Shown: piece after piece, positions 1 through 13,075 of the stretch
Numbering within the stretch: position 1 is the stretch's first letter
Layout of the letters: each line of letters starts with the position of its first letter
Source: Catajapyx aquilonaris
Taxonomy: Eukaryota
DNA: 63,465 bases
NCBI GenBank assembly: GCA_000934665.2
Contig: JYFJ02002090.1
Location: 1-63,465 of the forward strand
Direction of reading: 5' to 3'
Made by a program: the position numbers and the translations under genes
The notes under the pieces: generated by a model
Database searches by the model: none
What the model was told of the DNA's origin: nothing
What the model saw: only the letters and a program-made list of their open reading frames with translations

Positions 1-394
1 ACATCGTAAAAATATAATTACAGGACTGTATATTGCGGAGCATATACTCGATGCCCCAGGTGAACATAAAATAAAAATCAGGACGTGTTCGTGGCCTGCT
101 GCTGTCAATCCATGGTGTATGACTGTAGGCTACACTGTACAGTACAGTACTGTGCACTCAATGGACTACTTTAAAAAATATTTTCTCCGAAAAAGATTGT
201 CTTCATCCTAAAATGACAGCATCCAGTGGGCCACGGAAATCTCAACGGTCATCTAATCTCCAGGATGAAACTAAATAAATAAATAAATAAACGGGAAAGA
301 AGATTACAAAAAAAAATTGAGAAAAAGATTAGAGCGCTGGGTCACAGCCATTTCCAGTTGCATTTTTCAGGGTTATGGCCCATCGTACCAGGCG

Positions 395-405
395 GCCGCC
401 ATTTT
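395..405 (-). promoter_or_regulatory. YY1/Pho-type motif (AAAATGGCGGC on minus) in the CpG-rich region upstream of FBXO45
   Basis: GCCGCCATTTT at 395-405 within a GC/CpG-rich stretch (~380-1300). Confidence 0.45.
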
Positions 406-998
406 TGAGCTAAAGTCGATCTGCTTAGCCGGTCGCACTGGAAGGCCAATTAATTCTATCCACAAACTCATTACTTGCTCATTACACTACAGGGTGGGAA
501 GGGATTGTCATTATATTCCTCGATCCATGCTGGAGATGTTCCTATGCATGACGATATAAGTGAAAAAAGGAAGCGTCCGGCAGACTGGCGACCGGCCATG
601 ACGCATGATAGTTCCCGCCCGGGGTCGGGGTGATCCCCAGTGCTGTGCGTGTGTCTCGCCCACGGTCTCTCGGTTCGCATCGTGGCGCCGGGAGGGCCGG
701 GAGGGTGCGGTGTGGGAGTGTGCGCGGCCGTCCGTCCCCCACCCTCTCCACCCCTCATCGGCGGCGGGCCAGGGAGGCGCTGCTCTCCCCCTTTCCGAGA
801 GTGGCGGTAGGTGATCGCCGCCGGTTGGCGCCGGCTGTGTCTGGCAACCTGCCTTCCTTCCTTCTGCCCTCCCTCGGCCAGGCTAGCACCACCTACACGC
901 TAGGGGCAGAAGGCACAAGGGCAGGGCCGCAGTGGTAAGGAAGGAGCCGAGCCCTGGGCGACCGCCTGCCCAGGGGGTGCTGCCGCCCCAGGCCCACC

Positions 999-1025
999 CA
1001 GCAGCAGCAGCAGCAGCAGCAGCAG
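999..1025 (+). repeat. (CAG)9 trinucleotide repeat upstream of the FBXO45 ATG
   Basis: Nine perfect CAG units ending 36 nt before ATG 1062. Confidence 0.9.
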
Positions 1026-1061
1026 CACCACGGGCCAGCACCAGGGCACGCCCCCCCCAAC

Positions 1062-4000
1062 ATGGTCCAGGGACTGGCCGGCAACCTCCCCGACAACGTG
1101 CTGGAGGTGCTCTTCTCCTACCTGGACCTGCACGACCTCCGGAACTGCTCCTTGGCCTGCCAGAACTGGTACCGCTTCCTCAACGACGAGAACAACGACG
1201 TCTGGAGGCTGCATTGCGTGCGGAAGCTGGCAGAGGAGGCGCTCAAGTCGGACCTGCTCTCCTCCGTGCCCTCCTACAAGGCCAAGTTGAGGGCCTTCCA
1301 CCACGCCTGGAACCCAAATGACTGCTCGCGTAACATTTACGTCAAGCCCAATGGGTTTACCCTGCACAGGAACCCGGTGGCACAGAGCACGGACGCAGCC
1401 AGGGGGAAGATGGGGTTCAGGCACGGGAGGCACGCCTGGGAGGTGATATGGGAGGGGCCGCTTGGGACTGTGGCCGTCATTGGGATTGCCACCAGGGAGG
1501 CCCCCCTGCAGTGCCATGGCTACGTGGCCTTGCTGGGGTCGGACGACCAGAGCTGGGGGTGGAACCTGGTCGACAACCATCTCCTCCACAACGGGGACTC
1601 GCAAGGGAACTACCCACTGCTCAACAATGCACCCAAGTACCAGGTCGGGGAGAGGATTAGAGTCATTCTAGACTGCGACGACAACACCCTCTCCTTCGAG
1701 CGAAACTACGAGTTCCTTGGGGTTGCATTCAGAGGTGGGTATTGCCAAGGATGTTGGACAAGTAACACCCAGTAACACGTGAATGCTCAGAGAATATCCA
1801 GTGAGCACCATTTCTGCCCAGTAAATGTGCACTGAATATTCATGTGCCTAATTTCTGACAATTCAGGAAAAAATTGCTTGCTAAATATTTATGTACAGGC
1901 TAGTGCCAAAGGTATATCCCTCCATCTGTAACTTAGGTTGCTTCTTAATTTATAAGACTAAATTATCATAGTTGGTATTGGTCTCATTATGGAGATAATC
2001 ACTTTCTAAGTTCAGTATGCAGGTGTTCAGGTTCATTCTGCTTGCCAGACAACCCCCAAACATCCATTCCGCACTTGTCATCTGGCTTGCAGGAATAGCC
2101 CTGTCACCAGCACACAAAACTTAACAAGTGATATGCTGTGTAATGAAGTTGAAATCACCGTAATAAACGTCTGAGAAATTTACAACAAGCCTGAATTCGA
2201 GAGGAGGTATGCATTTTGCTACCAACCAGTGCAAACATAATTTATCATTCCAGGATTAGTAGTGTTACATAGATCCATTGTCACACATTCATTTGGCATT
2301 GATTGTATAATAATAATAAATGTGTCAATGTTCTTTCGATGTCCCATGCTCACCATGCTCTTTCTGTTCACTTAACATTTGTACTGAACACTTGGCATTC
2401 AAGATATTGATTGTACGAGTACATTTCTGAACAGCCTCGTGTTTCTGGGGATGTAAGTGTTGAGTAAGTCATTTTGGAAGCCTAATGTAAATTTTGTCAA
2501 GAGCTCTGATATGACGCTGTCTTTCAAGTCAATGGTTGATGTGAAAAAATATATATTGCGCACAATGACTTGAGTGAGGTGAGTGCATGACTGGAGATCA
2601 ACCTTCCCAAATGAGTAGAGCACATGTTCCTGTTTATTCTCGTAATAAGTCACTTGCAGTGGAGCTTTGTGACTGAATTTGTTCATAAGGTTAAGATAAA
2701 GATCTGAAAATAATGAAGACTAGTGTAAAGACCATTTAAAAATTGATTTATTGGGAAAAAGAATATATCTGTTTTCTTCCAAGGTCACAGGAAAATTGGA
2801 AGTTCTGTATTGCCTTTTTAGGAGATCCAGCATTTAAAATTTTGAGTAGATGACTATATATTTTTTAAATGGATGCATTTTCAAACTCAGATCAAATAAT
2901 TTCAAATTTATAATAGGTTTGTTAAAAGTCACTTGTCTATATTGTAATTTGTGACATTTAATTGGAAGAAACCTAATTAGTGTACATATAACATGCCAAA
3001 TTCATTGGTTTTGTACTTTGCAGTTTCTAGTGATGACATTTAAAATTTCATATTTAAAAAATATCAAAATCTTCAGAAAGCATGGTGCCTGATACAATCA
3101 CTGAGCAAATCTCTGTGGAAATTCACTGTTGCAATAATTGAGCCCTTGATTATACCTCTCTCCTTTGAGGATTGCCCAGCCACAACTGGCAAGGGCAGCC
3201 TCATATTTTTTCTTATTTTTTTGATGTTAATAATTATACTCTGAGCTTAATAGACAGGCAAAGTCAGTAATAAATTGATAATGGACATAAAAAGCAAAGA
3301 GTTTCTGCAACAGTTCAACCATTTGCATTATAAATCAAATTTCCCAAATGGGCAAGCTGAAGGAAGGAACTTGGCAGATAATGAAACTATGACTTAAAGT
3401 GCCCAAAAAAAAATCAAACGTCCCATTCCACACCCACCATAGTCGAACCTGACTGAATTTTGTTAAAAAATGGACACAGTAAGATTAGTTTCATTTGCAA
3501 ATGATGGCTACACTGCAGCAGGGTTTTTTATTTATTTATTTATTTATTTTTATTTTTTATTTTTTTGTCAGTGGGGTTGTGCGGTTGAAGGGGAAGAGCT
3601 GGTGGTCCTCATGGTGTTCCTGAACTAGACCCCTTCATTGCTCATTTTGCCACTGGTGGCAGACAATTCTGGATAAAATATTGGCTGTCAATTCCAAACC
3701 CCCTGTAATTAATCAGTCATGTGGAAAGTGATGTTAGGAGCATTCCACAACTAGGAGGAGATGAACTCCTTTCTGTAGCTGTTAGTGTCTGTGAAACCAT
3801 ATAATTATTATGTGACATAATAATCATGCCATTGTTGTCATACCACATTCAATCTGCAGCAGATGCTGTCTCATGTTCCAGTGACTTTCACATACTGATA
3901 GAAAAACAATGACAATGTATGCAGTGCAGGTAACGCTATACTCAGAGACAGGCAGGTGGCTCGATCACAACAGTTCTGGCCCCGGTTGTACAGTGACACC

Positions 4001-5875
4001 TGTCTGTAACAAAGCTTGGGTTCACGGGAAAGTTGTCTATTGAAGAAATTTTATTTCATACTTGTGGATGTTTATGATGCATACTAGCAGGCTACCCGGC
4101 ATTGCCTGGGTATGTTAGGGTGCTGGTAAAGATAGGGGTACATATATTTTAGGAAGTTTGTTTTTTTGTAAAGGGTGAATACCATACACTCGAAACTCGA
4201 TATGCCGTAAAACAGGCCTTATAAGTTACAATAAGCCAAAGTTTGTCAATATCTGTGATAGATTACCTTCTTCGGGTATAGCGTAGTCCACGCAGATATA
4301 CTGATTGGATGTGTAAAAACACTAAAAAGAGGAATGCAGGTAGAGTTGGCCCAGGAAAAGACTGCACAGCCATGTTTTTGTTTTTTTCAGAATTTTTGAC
4401 CCCCTTCACCGCCCAACCCCACCTCACACCCCCACCTCTTTCCATATGTTTGCTCAGAATAACTTTAGAAATGTACGTACAGATCCCTGCTGGGAATTTT
4501 GTTTTCGACACTGTGAGTAACTTCTGTAAATACTGTATTTTTTATATTTATTTGTGTCTGGAAGTCTACTTTCAAATCCCACAAAATCTCGGAATGACCA
4601 TATGGTACGAACTCACGTGAGGTGGCCAATTAACGTAATTGGCGGATGCCTTGAATTTACGGCCATGGGACATGTAAAAAGAGAAGCTCAAGACATAGAT
4701 AGTCCTTGCATGGCACATATTGGCAAAAATCTTCAGGTTATTGAACCATTTGCATGTTCTGCCGAGGATTAGGATGCCAGCTACAACACTGACATTTGGG
4801 AGAGGAGGTTTTTAGACACATGGTGAATCATGCAGCTTAATATTCTCTGGGGTATACTGCTCTGCCATTTTGCCTTAAGAAGGGTGTTAGTGAGTGCATT
4901 TACATGGGACTAAAAATCGGCCTAGCCTATGCTAGGCGAACCAGTTTACTCCCATGAAGCCGCTGAGCCTATGATAGACCGGCCTTATCTGATCCGTTGT
5001 CGGGCGCAGCCCAGGCCTTTTGGATAGGGTGGTCTACCTAAGGCGATGGTGATGGCCTTGCTTAAGGAAGCCTGGGTCAGGCCAATTTTTAGTCCCATGT
5101 AAACGTACTCAGTGTTCACTTGGGATGGCTCTCATTGCAGAAATCCTTGCTGCAAAGCCATTCTGCTCTTTGTTATTTCAGTATGTGTTTTGGGAATCGA
5201 GCAGAATCTTCATGGAGAGGCACTTACCAGTTATGCTTATGATGATTTGAGTGCTAGTGAACGTGTCTTCTAGCATTCACAATTAGCATCTCAGGAATGC
5301 TGAGAAGTAATAAAGTGATCCATTATCTCTCCAGATTGGTTGGTTGGGGTGGCTTAGGTGAGCGTGAGAGGGGAAGATAGATTTTTTGGACTGTGGAAGG
5401 AAATGGGAGAACCCTGAGAAAACCTTTAGAAACTCTCTTCGCAACCTTCCGACCTGGGGATCGAATGCGGGACCTTAGAGGTGGAATGCTGTGACGTTAT
5501 CCACTAAACCACCATGCCTCCGGTAGCTCTCCAGGCAAATGAGCATGAGATTTAAACTGTATTCTCTCATAGACTGTGTTTTATGCACTACAGGATGATT
5601 TTGTAAGTGCTGCATGACCACATGGTACATTTTGGACATTCGTAAGTCTGGTGAAATGAGGATCAGAATGATGCACTACCTGATGCTACCTAACAGATGG
5701 GCTGAATTATATGTAGCTATTATTTGACTCCCAAACCTTCAAGGAATTGCAGTGACTAATTATTACTCTCTTGTTTTCAGGCCTGCCAGACAAGAAACTG
5801 TACCCATCAGTATCAGCAGTGTACGGCAACACGGAAGTGTCAATGGTGTACCTTGGTCCCCCTCTAGATGGATGA
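1062..5875 (+). CDS. FBXO45: F-box/SPRY domain protein 1 (FBXO45/Fsn), 255 aa, 2 coding exons
   Basis: Exons 1062-1734 (AG|GTGGGT) and 5781-5875 (TTTTCAG|G...TGA), phase 1. F-box [17 protein letters not shown] domain [15 protein letters not shown]...WGWNLVDN; spliced C-terminus [31 protein letters not shown] matches the family end. Confidence 0.96.
4082..4300 (+). mobile_element. Possible Helitron-like non-autonomous fragment
   Basis: Begins TACTAGCAGGCTACCCGGCATTGCCTGGGTA (ACTAG plus short GC hairpin), resembling arthropod Helitron-type termini; extent uncertain. Confidence 0.35.
4892..5110. mobile_element. MITE with ~32-bp TIRs and 3-bp TSD (PIF/Harbinger-like)
   Basis: GAGTGCATTTACATGGGACTAAAAATCGGCCT ... 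AGGCCAATTTTTAGTCCCATGTAAACGTACTC, flanked by AGT on both sides. Confidence 0.75.
5330..5518 (-). mobile_element. Degenerate tRNA-derived SINE
   Basis: Minus strand head GGCATGGTGGTTTAGTGG (A box) ... ATTCGATCCC (B box-like), followed by a GGTTTTCTCAGGGTTCTCCC body; 3' end approximate. Confidence 0.5.
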
Positions 5876-8800
5876 GTGGGGGCCATTTTGTGCCGTGCTC
5901 CTCTTGGACCATGCCTCTTGTCATCATCATCACCCCATCAGAGGCAAGAGGAGGACAAAGGGGAAGAGAGCAAACCTCGTTTACAAATGTACCATTCACG
6001 TGGGAAAAAGGCCTTCAGTGACTCTCAGCTGTTGTTTGTGCCCTCTCCAGGGTGAAGATTTTTTTTTTTGTCCTCCCATCCTCCCACCATCATCACTAGA
6101 ACACTTGGCAGGAAGAAAATAATAATAAGAAAAAAAAGACAGCTAAGCAGAAAGTAGCATAACACAAATTTTCTACCATAACTTTGTATCTTGTTGAGTC
6201 CGCTGGCGGGGTTTTCTGGGAGTGTTTCATGGGAAAGTCAGGCAACTGCTGTGCATGTTGGCAGTTCACATAATTATGTACAAAGGCCGAGAATGTTTTC
6301 CTTTTTTTTTAAATGGGCCTGGCAGGGTTGGACCACAAAGTGTGGGAGTTAGTGCAACTTCCATATCTGCATGAAGAGACTGACACGACTGGTCACATGA
6401 CAGCATCATGATGCACTTGACACTCTGTCTGGCCGACATGGAAGTTGCTCTATATGGTGTTAATGTACTAGATGTAACTCCCATTCTGAGGTTTTATTCA
6501 CTTTGACTGTACAACATGATGAAAGATTTCCAGCTCAACGCGGTTGTGGAGAGACCAAGTCATAGTGACTGAGAAATCCTTTAGTTTTTACAACCATTGA
6601 CAAATTTTGACTCCATTTGTTGCTCTCCACCATGGTTAAGTGATATCCCTTATAGAAACCAGAGACTGCTATGATGAGGAAAAGCAAACCTGCAGGACAA
6701 TCCAGACATCTTCCATAGCATTTTACAGAAACTCATGCACCAGTGACCATACTCCTAGTTATAGATCATCTATGGAAAATGCCTGGAATTGGAGGAGAAG
6801 ATGTAGATATCAATATTGGATATTCTGATTCATACAGTTTCTGTTTACTTGTCGGAAACTGCTAGGACCTTTTACAATGCTAGTTGCATAGTGTTTTATT
6901 AGCACTTTGCTGACAAGGGTGAATGTAATCTAACCACAAGAAAAGTATAATGCTATACATATGTAGAAGAAAACAACTTCTACATGTCTATAACAGTGTA
7001 ATATTTGTACATAACTTAATTGTGAAATTTGATGTACAATAATTTATTCTCTTAGAATTTCTAGAGCGTGTGTGTGTGAGACGAAAGTACCAGATTTTCC
7101 AAATGGCAACCACCAGCCCGATCAAGTCTTAAGCTAAGAGTCTGCTGAGAGTTGCACAGATCTGAGTGAAAAGTTGACACCTTACGAACTATTTATGCAA
7201 GAGGCAGCGCATTGCCTTGCTGAGCATAATTTTACCTTGTGAATGTTTTGGGCTTATGGGTGGCTTTTGGGGCTTTGGTAGAATTCTGTGGATATTGGCA
7301 CCTTTCAAAATGCTGCAGCACATTTTTGATTGTATGACCAAATATGGTGATTTTGTATTGTACTTTTCCATAAGGGACTTTGCACAAAGACTGGGCTGTC
7401 CAGCTTCAGGCTATAATGATGTGTTGCAATTGTAATGTTTGTGCATTTCAGTAATGTACACAAATTTTTTTCACACTGAAACAATGCATACTGAGGATGC
7501 AAACAAAGTATTTATTTCACGGGCTAAGTTGTAATGGCAGTATCATACCTACTACATTTCTCAAAACAAAGAGAAGAAACCTATGTTCATTATGGTGCAT
7601 TTAATTACGTTGTGATGATCATGCACAACTTAAGAACTTGCTATTAAATTTATGCTGCTACTGTTGGGAGCACAAGTTGAACATAACAGCCTCAGTATGT
7701 GGCAGCATTTGAAGTGTGTTCAACGTTTACTGCGAGATGGTAGTGACGCTGTTGAGCTGGAAAAATTCCATTTGACATAGTAATGTCTTCTTCCCCCAGC
7801 AACGACTAGTTTCCCCTGCAGCCCCAGAGTTCGGATATGAGTTAGATTTTGATCATGTTTCTTCCTAATGGGAGTGTTGCAGTGCAGTAGATATGTATTC
7901 CAGTTGCCAGACATGTCTTATTTATTTGGTGAACATGAGTGTGTATGTGGGTGTGATGGCCATTTTTGTATGGAGCAGGCTGTAAAACTGGCAAAAAAAA
8001 AAAGAGCGTTTTAGTTACTGTAGTCAAATTTTTATCATTTTGTATGACAAAATTGAACGCAGAAAAGCATTTCATTTGCTTCGTTTTGTTTGTGATAACT
8101 GCTTGAGCTTGTGATCAAAATGGAATGATTTTCTGTCTGCTTCAGTTAAGGTATTACAGTTCATTATGGCAGGTTTAATTGTGACAGTTGCTACAAAACG
8201 TGACTGATGCATTTTCGTTCATGTGTTTGTGATGTACTCTGTTTTTTTTTTTTTTTTTTTTTAAATAACTACCTCGTGTGACAACTGTGTAGTTTTCATT
8301 CCAGTGCAGTGGTTTAAAAAAAATTAATGGGGTTTGTGAATTATTTTGGATCAGTGCAGTTCCTGAGTCAATAACAGTAATGGACAGAAAATGAATGTGT
8401 GAGAAGATAATATGACAAAAGCCCAGTAAATTTTCTTAATTTGCAGCCATTACTTGTGCCAAGCGTGTTAAGTACATAACTTGCCCTGAGTTGATGCTGC
8501 TATATGGACTGTCTTTAAAAAAAATACTCATGTTTTGGTTGCAGCCAAATTGCAGTTCAGGGAAAAAGTTCATGGTAGTCTTGTAAGAGATTGGATGTGA
8601 ATTTATCTATGAGTGAAGTCTGGACACACCTCTAGCCCCTGTTATATTTAGATAATAAAATGTTTTGTGCCTGCTCTGGTGCGATAACAATGGACTCTCA
8701 CAGTGCTACTCTTTTCACTCACATTTCATGCTGAGGAAGTGCTGATGACTTGAAATTACACTGGGCAGTAGCATGCTGTGGAAAAACTTGGAAATTATTT

Positions 8801-9439
8801 CCTTCACATTGCCGCCTAGTTACCATAAAGAGGAGTGCCATCAATAGCAGGAAACAACAAGAATGCTTTGCTTCCTTGTTATTTCACCATACTTAAAATC
8901 TAGAACACTGGTCAGGTGAGGACTGACAAAAATGCAGACTGACTGCTTTAATCCATCACTACACCATTCCTTACACATGATTATAATTATTGATACAACA
9001 AAGCATCTTCCTGGCTGTTAAGAGTGCATGTTATTACAGATACACACAGAGGATGCTGCCTTGTTGGCCATTCCCAAGGGTGTGGCCATTTACGTAATCA
9101 AGCGTACACTTTGGCATGCAATCAGACTTTGCCGTAAAATTATTGTGCACATGTAATTATGAGTAATGTAAAAAGAATTCACACTTCAAAATGAAATTGC
9201 CAAATCAGCTATTTCACTAACAAAAAAAAAAATCTGCTATGCATTTCAGGTTTCAGTTTGTGACCTTCTGCAATATTGAAAGCGTAATGTATTCTGTGTG
9301 ATCAGCTCCTCTAAGGATCATAATAGCTTTAAAATCCCACAATGACATTTTACACCACCAGTGGGTTGCTGCTCATTGTATAATTCATTTATTAATCTAC
9401 AAGTGATGCATGTACTGTACAAGTACACACGCCCAGCAT

Positions 9440-11500
9440 TCATTAGCATTTCAGGATAACCATGTACACGCTCCACCGTGACGTCACGGTGTGAACGATC
9501 TATTACGCAACCCTTCTTTTTTTTGCATCCCTCAAATGATCCGGCACGATGTAACCTTGAGAGTAAATTTTCCCTCTGCGCGGTGGTGAATCCCGCATTT
9601 TTCCCCCTCTCTATCTCCCTCTTCCCCCTTTTCCTCTGCCCCTGTTCCTCCCTTTCTCTCTCTCTCTCTCTCCTTATATTCCCGCTTCGGTCGACCAATT
9701 GCAGCTCCCGCCCAACTTGAACAGGACGCCACACGAATACGGTATCCTCGCCCATGCACTTTCTGAACGTCCGTTTGCCTCCATCCATCTCCGTTTAAGA
9801 AAACAACATTTAAAACCCATCTTCAACATTTCTCTCTAAGTAATCCGCCAGTTGGCGACAACAAAGGGTCATTGTTGGATGCCTTTAGTTGCCTCTCGGT
9901 CTGGCAACAATTCCCGAACGCTGCCGGGAATCGGGAGGAACATAAGCGCGATTTCGCAGCAGCCGCGAATTCAAACTAACGAGAGAATGTGCTTTGTCCG
10001 CGCTGTGACTCATCACCAACGTGGATGTAGTACAATATTGCACCTTAAGAGCGGCAGTAGTGTTGGTAGTGGCCTGTCGTACTAAAAAATCCGAAGTGGG
10101 GGGAGGGCCGGACAGTGTTTCCAAATTTTGGCAACGGGTTCACTACTACAATAGGGGTAAGATAACTCATGCATTTGGGGAGGTGGCTTGTGTCCATGGC
10201 ATAATTAGCCCCGTCCCCTGCTGAGTTTTTTTCGATTGGTGGAGAAATATCCCCCCCCCCCCCCATGCTGCTGGGTTAATTACCAATTGCGTCAACAAAC
10301 TAATCTCATTATTGAAGTTTGAGAACATAACGCCTATCTCCTTTGAAATCGAATCCGGATTGCCTGATTGGTCGACCGGTAGGGGGCGTGGCTAATTAGT
10401 TGCCAAGGACACAAGCCACCTCCCCAAACGCATAAGTTATCTTACCCCTACTGTAGTCACGTATAGTCTGTGCGTCTGTTTGCCCTGGGGTGAGTAGTGT
10501 GCAGTGTGCAGAGAGGAAGGATGCGCCATCCATATGAGGCACATGGTACTATACCGCGGGACAGGAGATGTCCGGCAGCATATTAGCAAATCGTAGGTGA
10601 TTCCCGCAACAGGCCCAATCTTCAGCGGATACAGCCCAATCTTAAGCGGATACACAAACATATGGGCAGTGTTGCCAAGTTGCTCATTATGCAGTGTTGC
10701 AACTATAGTGAATAGTGCAAAATCGCTTCTAACTAAAAAGAGCGGCGATGATGGCATAGAAGGTGTCTCCCAGAGTGAGGCAGGGCCTGAGGTTCGTACA
10801 TGGTCGGATCAGATCGTGAGTGGAGAGAGGGAGAGAGGCAGTGGGAGGGAAAAGGAGCGAGAAGAAGGGATAGAGAGAGAGTCGAGAGAGTGTGTGAGTG
10901 TCGAACGTTCCCTTGCCCGTAGCTTACACACTGCCTCCCAATCCCCCCACCCCCCTCCTCTCTCTCCTCTTCAATTTTTTTCATATTATTATTGTGTGTC
11001 CCACTCCCCCTCACTCCCCTGGCCATCCCTCCCTCCCCTCCCCCCCCCCTTCCCCCACCACACACCCCTCCAGCCCGCCACTGCCGGGAAATCGGTGAGT
11101 AGAGAGGGAGAGAGAGAGAGAGAGCGGGCCGGGACTGGGGGCGAGACCAACCAAGGGCGGGAAGGCACAGGAAGGACAGCTCGGGTGGTCAGAGAGTGAG
11201 GGGTTGGGGCAACCGTTTTGGGGTTGTGTGTGTTGTGTAGAGGGAACCGGAGGGGAAGGGAGGGGAGTGGCGCGCCCCAACCGAGGGAGGGAGATGGAAT
11301 AGGAAGGGGGGGAAGAAAAAAAAGGAGCGGGGCTTTTTAGGGGCCAACTGACCCGAAAGGATAGGCCAGGTGGGGGCCGCCCCTGGATTGGAAGCCGGGT
11401 TGGAGGGAGGGCGGGAAAGGGGATTCGAATAGGTCAGGTCGGTTGGAGGTTGCCCACAGGTTAGGTCAGGGTCGGTGGAGGCACAGCGCAGTCCGTGCAA
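9440..11500 (+). promoter_or_regulatory. CpG-island-like promoter and probable non-coding first exon of Dp
   Basis: CpG-rich; CCAAT/ATTGG boxes (~10235, 10283, 10367, 10615, 10637), GC box GGGGCGTGGC at ~10383, E2F-type GCGGGAAA 11411-11418, donor CG|GTGAGT at 11095. Confidence 0.6.
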
Positions 11501-13075
11501 TAGTAACGTGACACTTGGTACTTACAGCATTAACGTTCAGTCTGTATGAACAGGAGTACAAGAGGACAGCAAGTCGCTGTCTTCAGAAAGTGTGACAGTA
11601 CGACTCGTTTACCCAGGCATATCCACCATACTTCTGACTGTTTGTCCTCTTTGGCTAGGTCAGTCCGTAACTTATCTGATAAAGTACGACTCGTTGCACA
11701 TGCAAGTTGTTGGCATACCTGGTGCAATGTCAGGAATGGTGTTGGACAAGCTCCAACAGGGTGTTGTGATGGGGAAAACTTGCTGATTGTATGCCGAAAA
11801 TGTCTTGCGTTTTGCTGAGAAATTGCGGTGTGACAATGGACTGGGGATTCTGTTTAATTATTTTGAACCGAGGCTGCTGAGGAGGAAGTTCAACTGGATT
11901 GCCGGTTTAGTCCATTTGTTGATCCAAATTCAGTCGCACTGAAGCATCAAGTGACGTGCTCCTTGGTCCGGTTGGTTCGTTTGGAGATGGTCCCTTCTCT
12001 GCCTGACAAAGAGCTCTTCTACCTTCCCAAGTGCGCTCACTCATTGATTAATGTGGGCTCGACCTAATATGGCAACATGCACTTAGCCCACTTCATCTGT
12101 GGGGTGTGCCCAGCAACATTTCAGTACAAGCACAGATTTCTGCGTTGAATTCAGTGACTTAATGGCAGCGAGCAAATGTAAATCATCACCATTGCATTTT
12201 GTGGTTGTGATCTGTGTGTGACTGCCAAGTTGGTTCAGTATTATGAGATACCATTGAAGTGGCACCTTGTCATTGTGTGTAGCACAGCATGAGACTTCAT
12301 GCTCTTGTGGACATGGAGCATGTCAGCTATCATTCCGTAGGCCATTTTCAGGTTCAAAATGGCAACAGGTCATAGTGGGAAGGCTGATGATGTAAGGTGG
12401 AGCACTCAAAAGTGCCTGACCACATTGGTGGGAAAGTCAGTGGTTGAAGGTTTCTGGCACCCTGCCACATGGACACACTCTGACCTTAGTCTGATATTTC
12501 TAGCTTGAGATGCATTGTAGGCTGTGACACATGTACCTTGTCTAGTCCATGAGTTAATTACGTGCAACGTTTCTACTCATATTTTATGAAAGACAACAGT
12601 TCTGTGCGCTTTGTCTCTTAGCTGATTGAATTGCTGACACATCTTAACGACTAAGAAAAATTTGGCAGAAGTGGGGTAATTTTCATACTTGTGGACAGAG
12701 CTTTGGTACAGAGACATTCTACTGTTCAGGAAGCGAGTTTGAAATTATAGGCTGTGTGGGTGTGTTTGTGGGGAAGTATGATAAGTAAAGTGACACTATG
12801 GCTTGATTGAGTACACTGTTGAATATTGTGGAGAAATTCAGATGAGATAAGCCTTGCTATTTTTGTAGTGCTGCTCCCCTAAAGAAATTTCTTGTTCCCA
12901 TTGGAACAACAGAATCTTAACCAGTTGCATTGTTACCCGGTGATTCATGTAGTATGAATAAGGAAGTGCTCAGGTAGCTGTGATTTCCAAAAATAATATG
13001 CGTAATATTTCTTTCAGGTGCTACGTATTGTACTTGGTACATGATTGTAAATATTTTACCAATAACACATTTTGA

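Noticed and set aside
900..1604. 234-aa minus-strand ORF
   Set aside because: Antisense shadow of the GC-rich FBXO45 exon.
10597..11199. 200-aa ORF
   Set aside because: Low-complexity GA/C-rich promoter sequence, no domain.
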